From Candidatus Nitrospinota bacterium M3_3B_026 (GTDB lineage Bacteria > Nitrospinota_A > UBA7883 > JBPRGF01): DNA of 64,000 nt. The notes beneath the pieces are model-generated. The model was not told the DNA's origin. It was given only the letters and a program-made list of their open reading frames with translations, and did not search any database. Shown here piece by piece: positions 37,038 through 45,521 of this stretch (position 1 is its first letter; every line of letters starts with the position of its first letter). The translations under genes were made by a program, and so were the position numbers. The stretch lies in assembly GCA_051418015.1 (NCBI GenBank), contig JBPRGF010000023.1, positions 96,001 to 160,000 of the forward strand. Reading direction: 5' to 3'.

Positions 37038-38669
37038 TCAGGACGCCAGGGGCGGCATCATGCCGTGGTGGAATATCCAGGCCACCACGTAGGCGATCGG
37101 CGCTATTATCAGGAACAGCGCGATCGCGTAAAGTAGCGCCAGCTTGCCCATGCCCTTGAGCTTCGAGAAGTCGGTGATGACCCCGATGCTCACGAAACAG
37201 AGCATGAACATCATCTTCCTCATGGGGCTCTGGACTATGTTCGCGCCCACCGACGCCGACTTGATGAGGTCCGGCAGGAACACGGCGATCCCCAAATAGA
37301 AGAACCAGCAGAAGAAGTAGCCCAGAACGAACTTGGGAAACCTGTACCATATCTCGGACGCGCCCACGTGGGACTGGCCCGGCTGCCTTTCGACCTTGTA
37401 GACCCATATGATCGCGAGCACGAAAGCCCACACTCCGATGAACATGTCGATCCAGATCTTGGTCATGATGGCCGAAGCCAGGATGGATCCTTCCTCGTAC
37501 TTTATGCCCTGGTTGGTGTAGGCCCAGGCGCGCTGAAGCTCGTCTAAAATGGCGCCCGCCGCGGCGTCGGCGCCGTCGGTCTTGACGGTCATGCCCATCG
37601 CCGCGCCGTTGACTATCGGGTCGCCGGGGTTTATGGCCACGTAAAGGCCCGGAAGCAGTATCAGCTCGAACATGGCGAAGACGACGATGAGCATCGACAC
37701 CATGACAGGAAGCACCGGCCTGGCCCTGATGGCGCCGGCCGTGGCTATCGCCGCGGAGACGCCGCAGATCGATATCCCCGAGGAAAGCACCGCCGAGGCC
37801 GCGCGGGAGAGCTTGAAGACCTTCCTGCCGAGGGCGTAGGTGATAGGCCAGAAGAGCAAATAGGCCACGATCGTCGCGCACATGCCCGCGACGGCCAGCT
37901 CGAAGACGAACCCGGCCGCCTTCATCGACATCAGCCCGATCTTGATCCCGAGGTAGACGATGGCGGTCTTGATGTACCACTCAGGCTTGGCCGCCTCCTT
38001 GAGAAAAGCGGCGAATCCTTTGAAGAAGTTGCCTATGATAAGCCCCACGATCAGGGCCAGTATGAAAGAGGCGCCACCGCCGAGCTGCATCCCCCAGGAG
38101 AGCCTGTGGGCGTTCTTGGCCTTGTCCACGGCCTGGGCGGCCTGCGCCCTGGTGGGAACCTGCCCGGCGTCGACGTCGACGCCCATTTCCTTGAGCGCGG
38201 TGTTTATCTGCTTGGAGCACTTGTGCACCTTCGTGGTGCAGTAGACATTGTCGCCGTATATCTCCGACTGGGTCATCGACTGCGACGTCTTGAGCGCCTT
38301 CAGGTGCGCCTCGTGGCCGATTATCCACATGGCCCAGGTGAGCAGGAAGATGATCGTCCAGCCCATGAAAAACTTCTTTACGTCAAGCTTCATAAAAAAA
38401 GCGCCGATGCAGGTCAGGACCGTCCAGACCACGTAGGTCGTCACGAAGGACAAAAACGGCGCCATATCTTTGTATGCCTTGCCGGTTGGCTTCAGCCAGT
38501 GCTTGAAGCCGGGATCAACCCATGTCTTTGTCTTGGACATCCAGCCGACCATGTCCACGCCGAAGACCGTCATCAGCCCGGCGGCGAACATGATCAACCC
38601 CAGCCAGACCGCCCACCAGTCCTCCGAGGTGGACATCCCCGAGTACCACTTTCTGTTGACAGCGTTCAT
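37038..38669 (-). CDS. Putative sulfate exporter (YeiH/PSE) family transporter
   Basis: EDWWAVWLG, KPEWYIKTAIV, SGISICGVSAAIATAGAI, VKTDGA, KIWIDMFIG, RFPKFVLG; many TMs. Confidence 0.88.
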   Translation of the reverse strand: MNAVNRKWYSGMSTSEDWWAVWLGLIMFAAGLMTVFGVDMVGWMSKTKTWVDPGFKHWLKPTGKAYKDMAPFLSFVTTYVVWTVLTCIGAFFMKLDVKKFFMGWTIIFLLTWAMWIIGHEAHLKALKTSQSMTQSEIYGDNVYCTTKVHKCSKQINTALKEMGVDVDAGQVPTRAQAAQAVDKAKNAHRLSWGMQLGGGASFILALIVGLIIGNFFKGFAAFLKEAAKPEWYIKTAIVYLGIKIGLMSMKAAGFVFELAVAGMCATIVAYLLFWPITYALGRKVFKLSRAASAVLSSGISICGVSAAIATAGAIRARPVLPVMVSMLIVVFAMFELILLPGLYVAINPGDPIVNGAAMGMTVKTDGADAAAGAILDELQRAWAYTNQGIKYEEGSILASAIMTKIWIDMFIGVWAFVLAIIWVYKVERQPGQSHVGASEIWYRFPKFVLGYFFCWFFYLGIAVFLPDLIKSASVGANIVQSPMRKMMFMLCFVSIGVITDFSKLKGMGKLALLYAIALFLIIAPIAYVVAWIFHHGMMPPLAS

Positions 38670-38736
38670 AACCTTGTATCCCCCTGTCCTATTTGTTTGA
38701 CGCCGAACGCCTCGTTTAAAGCCTTTTCCACCCGGT

Positions 38737-38991
38737 CTAAAGATCAACCGTCACGAACCGGTTGAAATAGTGATTGGCGTATTGCCTGAGCCAGGTCGGA
38801 ATCATCGAAAAATCAAACCCCATGAAAACCACCACGCGGGAACCCTTCTCGAAACGGCCGCTCTCCGCCAGAACCCGCCTGAGGTCGGCGTCCAGCTCCC
38901 TCAGCGTTCGGCCGGAGGCCTCCAGGAAATCGTTGCTGGCAATCCATCGGCCGCCGTTGTCGATCAGGCGGGTCTCCACGTCCGCTTTCAC
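38737..38991 (-). CDS. DUF5395-like small protein
   Basis: GTG start; 'G.TL.ELD', 'VFMGFD...IP.WLRQYA.HYFNR'; adjacent to the PSE transporter. Confidence 0.7.
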   Translation of the reverse strand: MKADVETRLIDNGGRWIASNDFLEASGRTLRELDADLRRVLAESGRFEKGSRVVVFMGFDFSMIPTWLRQYANHYFNRFVTVDL

Positions 38992-39000
38992 GCCGCGGGC

Positions 39001-39186
39001 CTACTTGGCGAGGATGGTGACATTGATGATGCCTCCCAGCACCACCAGGGCGCCGATGCCTATGACAAGGCTCCACATCACAAGCTTGGTCTCCCAGAAC
39101 TCCCAGGGCTCGGCCTCTCCCAGGGCGTTCTCCATGTCCATCTCACTGACGGACTCTTCCGATACCGCTTCCTGTTCGTTTGCCAT
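39001..39186 (-). CDS. Small acidic single-TM protein
   Basis: AAGGAGG SD; acidic N-terminus, GEAEPWE.WETKLV, C-terminal TM helix. Confidence 0.75.
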   Translation of the reverse strand: MANEQEAVSEESVSEMDMENALGEAEPWEFWETKLVMWSLVIGIGALVVLGGIINVTILAK

Positions 39187-39416
39187 CTGCTCCCTCCTTA
39201 TGGTTTATAAGCGCGCTTGAACCTACTGCTCGACCCGAAAATCATGAACAGGCCGGAGGCGTCTCAACCTCACCGGGCCCGATCTTTCGCGTAAAACGCG
39301 GCTTGTGTCATACGAGCTTACATTCGCGCTCTATGCCGGCTCTTTCCGTGTCGCCGCCCCCCAGCGGCGCCCCCTGCGCCTGCTTGTTGCCAGGGAGAGC
39401 AAGTTTAAATAATAAA

Positions 39417-39432
39417 AGCAAGTAGGGCGCCA
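39417..39432 (-). promoter_or_regulatory. sigma54 (-24/-12) promoter
   Basis: TGGCGCCCTACTTGCT, matching TGGC..N..TTGCW with exact GG-N10-GC spacing. Confidence 0.7.
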
Positions 39433-39501
39433 TACGGGGCAACAGCAACTACCTGTTATAAAAGAACTTAACTTCAGATGACGACGAAAAAGAACGCCCT
39501 C

Positions 39502-39539
39502 TTCGCAATATCGCGAATACGCCTTCGCCGTTATGCGAA
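39502..39539. promoter_or_regulatory. Tandem palindromic operator/enhancer sites TTCGC-N6-GCGAA
   Basis: TTCGCAATATCGCGAA (39502-39517) and TTCGCCGTTATGCGAA (39524-39539), 22-bp period. Confidence 0.65.
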
Positions 39540-39692
39540 AAGAGAAAGATTTTTTACCGGTGGGCCGAATCGGATGGGTGGAAAAGCGGATCGGAGGCGC
39601 TTCAGGTCATACGGCGTCCGGCGGCGATACACGGCTGTTTCTTTTCATTACTGTCTGGCGCTGTTCGCCGTGCGTGAGATGGAGAGGGTATA

Positions 39693-40964
39693 TCAGCCAG
39701 CCGCTTCGCCCGCCGCCTCCTCGCCGGAGACTTCGGCCTGTCCGGCTCCGGCCTCTTCCTCGGCCAGCTCCTCCTCAGGCTCCAGGCTCTTCGCCTCGGT
39801 GGGAACCATCGGCCAGAGCTTTATGGCCGCCACATAGCCGAAGACCACCACGCCCGCGAGGCCCAGCGAATAGGCCGCCTCCAGGATCGATACGCTGTAA
39901 TGGGCGTATTGCCCGTCCAGGAAGACGCTGGTTATCTCCTTGTCCGGGAAAAGCTCAAGCGGCATGATCTGCGCGGGGATAACGATGATGTAACGCTCGA
40001 ACAGGACGCCGATCAGCTGAAGCCACGCCGCCGTCATGATCCACTTGATGGACGTTCCCGTCCGCCTGTAGAAAACGAGCGCCGCGGGAATCACCAGTCC
40101 CATCAGGACAAGCCCCACCCAGAAATAGAGGGTGTACTTGCCGCCGTGGAGCAGCAGGAACGAGGCGGCCTCGTAGTTCTTCGGGGCGTAGGCGCGGGTG
40201 ACGTTCTCCATGAACAGAAAGTAGAACACCACAAGGATAAAAACACCCATCAGCCTGCCAAGGCCATGGACGAGCCTGTCATCGAGATACCTGCCGGTGG
40301 CCCGGAAGGTGTAGACCAGGATGATTATCATCAGCGCCGTGCCCGACGACAGCGCGGCGGCGATGAAGCTCGGCGCCAGCATGGCGGAGTTGTAAAGCTC
40401 CCTGGCGTAGACGAACCCGAAGATGGCGCCCGTGCCGGAATGCACCCCCACCGCCACGAAGACCGCCATCAGGCCCAGGATCTTCGTCAGATGCGCCTTC
40501 TCGTTGAACAACGCCCACAGGTAGACAAAGCCGATGAGCATGTAGGTGTTGTATAAAATGGCGTTCAGCGAGAACATGGAGCGGGGCTGGAAATGGAAAA
40601 AGGGGACGAGAATCCTGTCCGGCCGCCCCCAGTCCATGATGATCGCCATCAGCGCCGCCACGATCAGAAGAATCGCCAGAAGCGCCGCCATCCTCGAAAA
40701 AGGTTTATATTCCACCTTTCCGAAGACAGACGACATCGCCGACAGCACAAGCGACCCCGCCGACGCGCCGATCAGGTATACCGCCATGACGATCGGCGCC
40801 CCCCAGGGGACCTGGTTGGTCATGTTGGTGACGTGATGTCCCTCCAGGAACAGGCACAGCGCCGAAAGAGGCGCCAGCGCCGCCGCCAGGCCGGAGACTA
40901 TCAGCAGGTTCCGGTATCCGGCCGACCTCCCCTCGATCCTCGTGAATTTCGTCTCCATGTTCAT
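39693..40964 (-). CDS. dsrP: DsrP, NrfD/PsrC-family membrane subunit
   Basis: TNQVPWG, DWGRPDR, VHSGTGAIFGF, APSFIAAALSSGTA; ATGA overlap with dsrO. Confidence 0.92.
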   Translation of the reverse strand: MNMETKFTRIEGRSAGYRNLLIVSGLAAALAPLSALCLFLEGHHVTNMTNQVPWGAPIVMAVYLIGASAGSLVLSAMSSVFGKVEYKPFSRMAALLAILLIVAALMAIIMDWGRPDRILVPFFHFQPRSMFSLNAILYNTYMLIGFVYLWALFNEKAHLTKILGLMAVFVAVGVHSGTGAIFGFVYARELYNSAMLAPSFIAAALSSGTALMIIILVYTFRATGRYLDDRLVHGLGRLMGVFILVVFYFLFMENVTRAYAPKNYEAASFLLLHGGKYTLYFWVGLVLMGLVIPAALVFYRRTGTSIKWIMTAAWLQLIGVLFERYIIVIPAQIMPLELFPDKEITSVFLDGQYAHYSVSILEAAYSLGLAGVVVFGYVAAIKLWPMVPTEAKSLEPEEELAEEEAGAGQAEVSGEEAAGEAAG

Positions 40965-41716
40965 ATCCCCAGGTAGAAGACCCGCGGGTTCGTCCCAAGA
41001 TCGGCCCGGATCTGCCTGGCCTTGCTGGTTTTCACCAGTCTGGAGACCTCGCTGTCCGGGTCGCCGAAATCGCCGAAGACCATCCCGCCGCCGCCGTGTT
41101 TCTTGCACGCCTCCACGCAGGCGGGCTCGCGCCCCTTGTCTATCCTGTGGACGCAGAAGGTGCATTTTTCCACCACGCCGTGCATGCGCCTGGGCACGTC
41201 CTTGTTGTCCCCCTCCTCGTGCTCGACATGTTTCGAGACGAAGGAACGGGCCTTGTAGGGGCAGGCGATCATGCAGTAGCGGCAGCCTATGCAACGGTGC
41301 TTGTCGACGAGGACTATCCCGTCTTTCCTGACGAACGTGGCCGCCACGGGGCAGACATGGGCGCAGGGGGGATGCTCGCAGTGGTAGCACATGGCCGGCA
41401 TGGAGCGCTCCTTCGCCCCCTCCACGCCGCGCTGCTTGAACCGGATCTCGCGGATCCAGTGTATGTCAAGCTCCGGCTCCGCGAAGCTGGGGATGTTGTT
41501 CTCCTCCCTGCAGGCCCTGTAGCAGGCGTCGCAGCCGGGCTCGCATTTTTCAATGTCGATGACCATCCCCCACTTGTTCTTCCCGGAGGCTTTCAGGGCC
41601 GCCGGCTCATCGCCGTGGGCCAGGGCCTTCGACACCAGCGGAGCGCCCGTGGCGAACACGGTCCCCGCCGCCATAAATGTCCCCGCCGCCAGGAAGTCGC
41701 GCCTGTCCATGCTCAT
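40961..41716 (-). CDS. dsrO: DsrO, Tat-exported 4Fe-4S protein
   Basis: MDRRDFL Tat motif; CYHCEHPPCAHVCP, CIGCRYCMIACPY, KCTFC; ATGA overlap with dsrJ. Confidence 0.93.
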   Translation of the reverse strand: MSMDRRDFLAAGTFMAAGTVFATGAPLVSKALAHGDEPAALKASGKNKWGMVIDIEKCEPGCDACYRACREENNIPSFAEPELDIHWIREIRFKQRGVEGAKERSMPAMCYHCEHPPCAHVCPVAATFVRKDGIVLVDKHRCIGCRYCMIACPYKARSFVSKHVEHEEGDNKDVPRRMHGVVEKCTFCVHRIDKGREPACVEACKKHGGGGMVFGDFGDPDSEVSRLVKTSKARQIRADLGTNPRVFYLGI

Positions 41717-42081
41717 GACTCCGCCTTCGCCGCCGGATAGTTGTGACAATGCCAGCATTCCGGCTCCACGCCCACGTAGCCGTGGCACCGGTCGCAGAAT
41801 TTCTCTCTCTCGGAGTGGCACCGGCGGCATCCCTGTATACCGTGGTCGGCCGTCCGGACCCCCTCGCGGACCACCTCGTCGCGCTCATGCAGAAGGAAGA
41901 GCATGTGGTTGTGGCGCATCCACTCCTCGCCGCGGACGCACTCGCCCTTCTCAGGCTCCACGATCTCCGGCGCCGCGGAGGCCGCGCCGAAAACCCCGAC
42001 GCTCACGAGGTTGTAAAACAGGGGAAAGGCGAGAATGAAAAGGAAAACTATTACAGCGGCGGCGCCGTTCTTTTTCGACAC
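41713..42081 (-). CDS. dsrJ: DsrJ triheme cytochrome c
   Basis: N-terminal TM, CV...WMRHNHM..L..RD..VREG.R, three CxxCH. Confidence 0.93.
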   Translation of the reverse strand: MSKKNGAAAVIVFLFILAFPLFYNLVSVGVFGAASAAPEIVEPEKGECVRGEEWMRHNHMLFLLHERDEVVREGVRTADHGIQGCRRCHSEREKFCDRCHGYVGVEPECWHCHNYPAAKAES

Positions 42082-42232
42082 TTATAACCCCTCTTCATTT
42101 CCGGGACATCCGGGCCGAAAGCTCCCGACGGCCCGCGCGGCCTCCCCGCGCCTCCATGCCCTGAAGCGGCCGCGGGCTCCCTTCTCATTGATGACACAAG
42201 CGGAAAAAAGATTCCGCCCGCGCGGCCTGATC

Positions 42233-42526
42233 CTACACCCAGGCGTGGGTCTTGCTCTTTTCCACAAGGTCGACGAACCCGTCGTAGCCGATGACCTTCA
42301 CGCCGTCGATCAGCCTTTCAAGGCCCCTGGCCTTGACGTCGGCCCGGATGGCGTAAACCTCGTGGTTTTTCAGTATCTCCCTCATCCTCGCCTCGAAGGA
42401 CGACCCGGCCAGGGCGGCGTAGACGCCATCCTCCAAAAGCAGGATCGGCGACCCTTCGGCGGCGAACCGGACGCATTCGTCCAGCGTATCGTTCGTGAAC
42501 GGCGACTTGTTTACCGTGTGAAGCAC
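42233..42526 (-). CDS. dsrH: DsrH (TusB-like) sulfurtransferase subunit
   Basis: GTG start after GAGGAG gives MLHTVNKSPF..C..ILLLEDGVY..DVKARGL..YDGFVDL. Confidence 0.92.
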   Translation of the reverse strand: MLHTVNKSPFTNDTLDECVRFAAEGSPILLLEDGVYAALAGSSFEARMREILKNHEVYAIRADVKARGLERLIDGVKVIGYDGFVDLVEKSKTHAWV

Positions 42527-42542
42527 TTTCAGACTCTCCTCG

Positions 42543-42932
42543 TCAGTAGGGTATGGTGGCGTGCTGCTCTTCCATGACCTTCGCGATCTCCTCCGCGGAC
42601 GCCACCTGGACGGGGATGGCAAGGTCGTCCTCGGAAAGGCCCCGCTCCTCGAGGGACTGTCTGTCCACGTAGATGTTCTCCACCCCGTAGTCCTCCAGGA
42701 CGTTGTAGGTCTTTATGAAACCCTTGACCCCCAGTTCCTCCGTGTCCTGCCCCTTGACCAGGGCGAAGACGCCGTCGCCCACGAAGGCCATGGAAAGGTC
42801 CTGCTCGTAGGCGGCCATGATGAGAACCGTCTCCAGCCCCTCGTAGCTGTATATGGTCCCGTGGGGCGCCTTGCGCATTACGAACATTATTTTTTTTACG
42901 TTCTCGTTCTCTTCTGTCGTCTCGTCCGTCAT
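42543..42932 (-). CDS. dsrF: DsrF (TusC-like) subunit
   Basis: RKAPHGTIYSYEGLE, FVGDGVF, SLEERGL. Confidence 0.93.
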   Translation of the reverse strand: MTDETTEENENVKKIMFVMRKAPHGTIYSYEGLETVLIMAAYEQDLSMAFVGDGVFALVKGQDTEELGVKGFIKTYNVLEDYGVENIYVDRQSLEERGLSEDDLAIPVQVASAEEIAKVMEEQHATIPY

Positions 42933-42945
42933 CGGCTCCCCTCCA

Positions 42946-43299
42946 TCATCCGAAGGTGACGAGGCGGTCGGCCTCGATGGTCATGTCGGTAAGCTGGCCA
43001 AGGCCGGATATCCTCGTCCCCTCGACGATGCTCCCGTCCTTGATCCCGCGCCTCTTGGAGGCGGCTATGCAGGCGACGATGTCCACGCCCTTCTTGCCAA
43101 GCTCGCTCCAGCGCTGCTGGACGTTCCTGTCGTCCTGGGGAGGGTCGGCCTGGTTGCTCACGTTTATGACGCCGTCGTGATAGAAAAATACCCCCACGAT
43201 CTCGTGCCCCTTCTCCAGGGCCGCCGTGGCGAAGTTGTAGGCGGAGTCGGCCGCCTCGTGGTTGTAAGGCCCTTCGAGCACTTGTATGGCGAATTTCAT
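42946..43299 (-). CDS. dsrE: DsrE (TusD-like) sulfurtransferase subunit
   Basis: EGPY, FFYHDGV, active-site ACIAASKRRG, ISGLGQL, DRLVTFG. Confidence 0.95.
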   Translation of the reverse strand: MKFAIQVLEGPYNHEAADSAYNFATAALEKGHEIVGVFFYHDGVINVSNQADPPQDDRNVQQRWSELGKKGVDIVACIAASKRRGIKDGSIVEGTRISGLGQLTDMTIEADRLVTFG

Positions 43300-43440
43300 C
43301 TACCCCTCGTCTTTTGGGTCAAGGTCTCAAATGTCAACGCGCTTGGAATAGATGCGGACGCATCCAATAGGATTCGCCGCCCGGGCGGAAAAATAAGGTT
43401 CTTTGAGACCGGGTTCGGGAATGACGCGGGAGACTTTCGC

Positions 43441-43863
43441 CTAACCCTCTATTACCGTCCTGACCTCCAGGGTGAAATCCTGTCTCAGCGAATGCAGGAC
43501 GGAGCAGTATTTCTCCTTTGAGAGCTCCACCGCCCGCGAAAATTTCGCCTCGTCGAGCCCCTCGCCCTTCGCCGTCAGCGTCAGCTCGGCGCGCTTGAAA
43601 TATTTTGGGAAGGTGTCGCTCTTTTCGCCCTCGATCCTGGCGCTGTAGCTTTCAAGCTTCACCCGTTTTTTCTCCAGTATGCTCACGACGTCCATCGACA
43701 TGCATCCGGCAAGGCCGAGCAGCAGCGCCTCCGTCGGCTTCAGCCCCGCCCTGGCGCCGTCGAACTCCAGCCTCCCGCCGCCGTCCGCGGCGCCGCTGAG
43801 GGCAAGGCCCCCCTTCCATTCGAGCGTTCCGCCCATTATGTTCTCTTTTTTCTTTTCCGTCAT
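43441..43863 (-). CDS. OsmC/YhfA-family protein
   Basis: PTEALLLGLAGCMSMDV and AVELSKEKYCSV (two conserved Cys). Confidence 0.88.
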   Translation of the reverse strand: MTEKKKENIMGGTLEWKGGLALSGAADGGGRLEFDGARAGLKPTEALLLGLAGCMSMDVVSILEKKRVKLESYSARIEGEKSDTFPKYFKRAELTLTAKGEGLDEAKFSRAVELSKEKYCSVLHSLRQDFTLEVRTVIEG

Positions 43864-43867
43864 GTCC

Positions 43868-45292
43868 CTATCCCGTCCTCGACGCCTGCGCCTCGCGTTC
43901 GGCCGCCGCCGTCACACCGGCGGACCTGGCAAGCGACGCAAAGTCCCTGGCCCATGTCGCGGCGCCGCAATAATGAATATGGGCGTAGGAGGCCAGGACG
44001 TTTTTGTGAACCAGGCCGTCCATGCCATCGGCCATCCCCGCGCCCCTCAAAACTTTCCACGCGAAACGGGCGTCCGGCGGCAGGTTTTTCACCCTCGAGT
44101 GATGGAACTCGTGGCAGTTCACCGGCCCGCCGGGGCGCAGCCATTCCGCCTCGCCGGTGGGCTCAAGCGTCATGTACCCGAGCCCCATGGGCCTCCTTGT
44201 CATCTCCACGTCGAGGGGCAAGGCCCCGGCCATCTTGCGCCGTCTGCCGTCCCAAGCGATGGAGCGGGCAAGGTACATCATCCCGCCGCACTCGGCCCAC
44301 ACCGGCAGACCCCTCTCTATCCACTCCCTCACCGAGCGGCGCATGGAGACGTTCGCCTCCAGCTCGTCCATGAAAACCTCCGGGAACCCCCCGCCAAGGT
44401 ACAGCGCGGAAACCTCCGGCGCCGCCCCGTCCGAAAGCGGGCTGAAGGGGACAAGCTCGGCCCCCTCGGCCTCCAGCGCCTCCAGGTTCTCGGGGTAGTA
44501 GAAGGTGAACGCCCTGTCCATCGCCACGCCGATCCTGATGTCGGGTTTCTTCGCGCTCCTGTGGCAAGGCTCCACGGCCGGCAGGTCTCCGGCCGTCCCG
44601 GCTATCTGGAGGATCCTGTCGAGGTCGGCGTTTTCGGCGACGGCGGCTCCGATGACTTCTATCTTGCCCGCCAGCGCCGGGTCCTCCTTCACCGGCACGA
44701 GCCCCAGGTGGCGCTCGGCCACTATCATCTCCTCCGGCCCGGCCGGTATGGCGCCGAGTATCTCCATCCCCACGTATCTTTCTATGGCCTGGCGGAGCTT
44801 TCTCTCGTGCCGGGGGCTGGCCACCTTGTTCAGGATGACCCCGGCGATTCTTATATCAGGGTCGAACCCGGTATAGCCGAGAAGCAGCGGCGCGACGCCC
44901 CGGTTCATCCGCGTCGCGTCGACGACCAGTATCACCGGCGCCTCGAGCAGCTGGGCCAGCCCGGCGGTGCTGTCGGCGCCTTCTATGTCCATCCCGTCGA
45001 AAAGGCCCAGGTTGCCCTCGATAACGGCAAGGTCCGCGGAAGCGGCCGCGGAGCCGAAGGAGCGCAGGATGTTCTCGTCGCCCATCATGTGAAAATCCAG
45101 GTTGCGGCACTGCCTGCCGCCAGCCGACGAAAGCCACATGGGGTCTATGTAATCCGGCCCTTTCTTGAAGGGCTGGGCGGTGAGGCCGCGCTTTCGGAAC
45201 GCGTTCAGAAGACCCGCCGACACCGTTGTCTTTCCGGCGCTTCTGTGGGGGGCGGATATGACCACCCTGGGGGTCTTGATAGGAAGGGACAT
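43868..45292 (-). CDS. dsrN: Siroheme amidase, CbiA/CobB-like
   Basis: SAPHRSAGKTT, FKKGPDYIDPMWL, EGNLGLFDG, AFTFYYPENL, GGGFPE, AECGGMMYL; located at the head of the dsr cluster. Confidence 0.88.
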   Translation of the reverse strand: MSLPIKTPRVVISAPHRSAGKTTVSAGLLNAFRKRGLTAQPFKKGPDYIDPMWLSSAGGRQCRNLDFHMMGDENILRSFGSAAASADLAVIEGNLGLFDGMDIEGADSTAGLAQLLEAPVILVVDATRMNRGVAPLLLGYTGFDPDIRIAGVILNKVASPRHERKLRQAIERYVGMEILGAIPAGPEEMIVAERHLGLVPVKEDPALAGKIEVIGAAVAENADLDRILQIAGTAGDLPAVEPCHRSAKKPDIRIGVAMDRAFTFYYPENLEALEAEGAELVPFSPLSDGAAPEVSALYLGGGFPEVFMDELEANVSMRRSVREWIERGLPVWAECGGMMYLARSIAWDGRRRKMAGALPLDVEMTRRPMGLGYMTLEPTGEAEWLRPGGPVNCHEFHHSRVKNLPPDARFAWKVLRGAGMADGMDGLVHKNVLASYAHIHYCGAATWARDFASLARSAGVTAAAEREAQASRTG

Positions 45293-45521
45293 ATCGTTTT
45301 TCGCCGTTCGGTTAAATATGGTTCAAGTTATTTTATAACAAAAACAAACCTGTTCCATCATTCGATGACGAGCCCCGGCCGGCCGATTCAACCGCCCGTG
45401 AAAGACTTCAGGCGAAGTGTCACGCCCCGTCGCAATCGGCCCGGCGGGAGGCCGTTTTTTGAACAATTTTTACGGCGCGCCAGTTTGTGTTATACTTTGT
45501 TCAGAAAGGAATAATTTGATT

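Noticed and set aside
36617..37159. ORFs 36617-36946 (-) and 36758-37159 (+)
   Set aside because: They run through a terminator and a palindromic repeat, and the composition is not protein-like.
39693..41390. Track ORF of 565 aa suggesting an extended DsrP
   Set aside because: The N-terminal extension is an alternative frame over dsrO; the real start is at the ATGA overlap (40964).
42233..43299. tRNA-thiolation tusDCB/tusE interpretation
   Set aside because: The genes lie within a dsrAB cluster, and DsrC keeps both C-terminal cysteines.
43868..45292. Annotation as cobalamin-pathway cbiA/cobB
   Set aside because: No other cob/cbi genes are nearby and it heads the dsr cluster, so dsrN is more parsimonious.
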